Positions 30,071 through 32,000 of a DNA stretch of 32,000 bases are shown here, one piece after another. The stretch is from Aciduliprofundum boonei T469. GTDB taxonomy: Archaea > Thermoplasmatota > Thermoplasmata > Thermoplasmatales > Aciduliprofundaceae. The notes beneath the pieces are model-generated. The model was given only the letters and a program-made list of their open reading frames with translations. It ran no database searches and was not told where the DNA came from. The translations under genes and the position numbers were made by a program. The stretch lies in contig NC_013926.1 of NCBI RefSeq assembly GCF_000025665.1, positions 960,001 to 992,000 of the forward strand, given 5' to 3'. Positions within the stretch are counted from its first letter, which is position 1, and each line of letters begins with the position of its first letter.

Positions 30071-31243
30071 TTAATGGCTCATAATTTTCCAGAGCCCTTC
30101 TATATCCTCAAACAAAACATTAGTGGAATTCACTCTCTTCTCACCTTTCTCCCCAGAGTACAGCACAACTAGGGCATATTCTGGCTCGTACTTTTCTATG
30201 AAAGCTCTCATGCTCTTCTCAACCTTCTCTGGCTTTGCTTGGAGCTTTACCTCTATAGGCACTATTTTCCCATCTCTCTCCACTATGAAATCCACCTCTG
30301 CCTTTGACTTCGTTCTCCAGTATCTTGGCTCCAAGCCCATCTTAATTAGCTCGGAGAGAACATAGTTTTCAAATAGTAACCCGTCCATCTCCCTAGGATA
30401 GAATCCTGCGACGGAATTACGCAGACCCGTGTCCAAGAAGTATATCTTTGGCTGCTTTGTTATTTCTCTGGACCTATTCGTGAAGAATGGGGGCACTTCC
30501 ACTATTATCCCGCTCTTCCTCAATGCATCCAAATATTTTCTCAATGTTTGATAAGATATTCCCAAGGCATTAGCCATATTTGAATAGGATAGCAGAGTTC
30601 CACTGTTTACGGCTATGTACTTGGACAATCTCTCAACCATGCCTATGTTCTCTATTGAAAAACTTCTGCTCACATCCTTCAGTATCATAGTTTCGTGCAA
30701 ATTCCTCAAATGCTCTTTTTTCATCTCTATGCTCTCTTCCAAAACCACGCGGGGAAAACCACCATAGAGAGTATGCTCCCACACAGCCCTTTTCAATATC
30801 TCTTCATCCAAAACCTTGTAACCCTTTGCTCTGAGAAATTCGTGGATGTTGAAGGTATTGAGTCTCAAAATACCAACTCTCCCAACCAGAAAAGATAGAA
30901 CATCCTTGCTTAAGATGATCTCGGATGAGGAAGTGATCCAGAGCCTGTGTCCCGTATCTGCTAGATACTTTAACTTTGAACCGGGATCTTTGCAGTACTG
31001 CACTTCATCAAGCACTGCCAAATCATAGCCCTCTATGTACTGCACCATGAATTTCTTAATATCCTCATCAAATAATCTCCTCGCATCTGGATCATCAAAC
31101 AAAACATAGGAAGAATTATGCCCTTTCATCAGCTCTTTTAGCATTGTAGTTTTCCCCGATTGCCGTGGGCCCACGAGCGCAACTACGGAATAACTGTCGG
31201 CTACCTTCTTGAATTTATCTTCCAAATCTCTGTGAACATACAT
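30071..31243 (-). CDS. AAA+ ATPase of the AAA_14/DUF4143 (COG1373-like) family with C-terminal PD-(D/E)XK-like motif
   Basis: Walker A LVGPRQSGKTT and Walker B-like LAVLDEVQY. The C-terminal KAEVDFIVERDGKIVPIEVK resembles an E.D...E.K nuclease core. Ends 47 nt upstream of cas10 on the same strand. Confidence 0.7.
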   Translation of the reverse strand: MYVHRDLEDKFKKVADSYSVVALVGPRQSGKTTMLKELMKGHNSSYVLFDDPDARRLFDEDIKKFMVQYIEGYDLAVLDEVQYCKDPGSKLKYLADTGHRLWITSSSEIILSKDVLSFLVGRVGILRLNTFNIHEFLRAKGYKVLDEEILKRAVWEHTLYGGFPRVVLEESIEMKKEHLRNLHETMILKDVSRSFSIENIGMVERLSKYIAVNSGTLLSYSNMANALGISYQTLRKYLDALRKSGIIVEVPPFFTNRSREITKQPKIYFLDTGLRNSVAGFYPREMDGLLFENYVLSELIKMGLEPRYWRTKSKAEVDFIVERDGKIVPIEVKLQAKPEKVEKSMRAFIEKYEPEYALVVLYSGEKGEKRVNSTNVLFEDIEGLWKIMSH

Positions 31244-31352
31244 ACATGTTTCTCATGGCTTATAGCTATATTAATCTTACCAAAATTGAAATGTGGTTAA
31301 ATTCTAGTCCAACTAAAATTAAAATAAGATTCAAAAATAGAAAGGAAGATTG

Positions 31353-31484
31353 TTATTCTTCACTTTCTTGCACGGCGTAAATTACTATTAAACCACTCTT
31401 CTCGTAAACTTTCTTGAATATTGCATGCTCTTTGTCTGCGGACAAACCGAATATGTTCAGATATATAGTTTCTTCATCTTCCAC
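31353..31484 (-). CDS. possible small ORF (43 aa), or read-through extension of the upstream gene
   Basis: GTG at 31484 with GGAG ~9 nt upstream. In frame with ORF 31500..31856 across its TGA. Translation EDEETIYLNIFGLSADKEHAIFKKVYEKSGLIVIYAVQESEE looks coding. Confidence 0.3.
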   Translation of the reverse strand: MEDEETIYLNIFGLSADKEHAIFKKVYEKSGLIVIYAVQESEE

Positions 31485-31499
31485 TGTATCATCTCCAAT

Positions 31500-31856
31500 T
31501 CATCCATACGCATTTATCCACTCGGACTTCTTTCCCTCTACCTTTTCGTTCTTTCCATCCTTAAGAACCTTGGACACGAACTCGCATAGATATTCAGGAT
31601 TGTCTTCAAACATAGCAACCATAGTCATTTGGAGTGCTTCATCATCTGGCAGCACATCCATCAACATCTTTTGCATTCCTATTTTCAGTATGAAATTGAT
31701 GTAATCGTCCATGCTATCTAACTCATCACCTACCATGGCATCTATTACCTTCTTGAAATGTCCAACCTGCCGGTAAATCTCCTTATCTACGATTGCAGTG
31801 TAGCTGTTATTCTCAGGCACATCTTCCATCTTTTCCACACATTCTTCCACACTCAT
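31500..31856 (-). CDS. hypothetical acidic protein
   Basis: ATG at 31856, 4 nt after GGTGA and ~30 nt after promoter-element copy 4, preferred over the track start at 31949. Confidence 0.5.
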   Translation of the reverse strand: MSVEECVEKMEDVPENNSYTAIVDKEIYRQVGHFKKVIDAMVGDELDSMDDYINFILKIGMQKMLMDVLPDDEALQMTMVAMFEDNPEYLCEFVSKVLKDGKNEKVEGKKSEWINAYG

Positions 31857-31882
31857 AGGATCACCACTTAACCTTTGGATAC

Positions 31883-31911
31883 GGAGAATAAATAGATTTT
31901 CACGAAGTATC
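31883..31911 (-). promoter_or_regulatory. conserved promoter element, copy 4 (- strand GATACTTCGTGAAAATCTATTTATTCTCC)
   Basis: About 24/27 identity to copy 2 (12470-12497) by manual alignment. Lies on the far side of the CRISPR-Cas locus from the other copies. Confidence 0.45.
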
Positions 31912-32000
31912 AAAAAATCATTTATATGTAGTTTCAGACCTTTTCTCAATTTTCACAATAAGTACTTCTTTTCTTTGCTTATCTATCATATATAAAATCC

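Overview
AT-rich, thermophile-style sequence whose promoters look archaeal (BRE/TATA-like boxes about 20-35 nt upstream of starts, with GGAGGT/GGTGA ribosome-binding sites). The window has two halves.

(1) 1-17650 looks like an integrated plasmid-like or mobilisable element, or a defence-cargo island. It has three co-directional gene blocks:
- a wHTH/Zn regulator block;
- a tightly overlapping minus-strand operon with an ArdC-like ssDNA-binding/HExxH protein, three tandem small acidic paralogues, a SWIM-finger protein and a Cas4-like nuclease;
- a plus-strand block with an McrBC type IV restriction cassette, ORFan cargo, and an RHH + MOBQ-like relaxase + type IV coupling protein module preceded by a 451-bp non-coding region.

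(2) 17721-30023 is a unidirectional (minus-strand) type III-A CRISPR-Cas locus: CRISPR-1 (9 repeats), leader, cas2-cas1-cas4-cas6, a CARF protein, csx1, CRISPR-2 (16 repeats), a near-identical second leader, an orphan degenerate repeat, then csm5-csm4-csm3-csm2-cas10. An AAA+/DUF4143-type ATPase sits just upstream of cas10.

Main observations:
- One CRISPR-2 spacer matches a gene of the neighbouring element at 30/37 nt. Its polarity makes the crRNA antisense to that mRNA, and the mismatches cluster next to the 5' tag.
- Several other spacers show weaker, same-polarity resemblance to element genes.
- Both 257-bp leaders carry two copies of a TTGCGTCAGGAG(T)+TATA module.
- A ~27-nt promoter element (ATACTTCGTGA..TTTATTC) recurs on both sides of the CRISPR-Cas locus.
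- Both arrays contain duplicated spacers.
- A bacterial-type MOB module occurs in an apparently archaeal context.

All alignments were done by eye and need computational confirmation.
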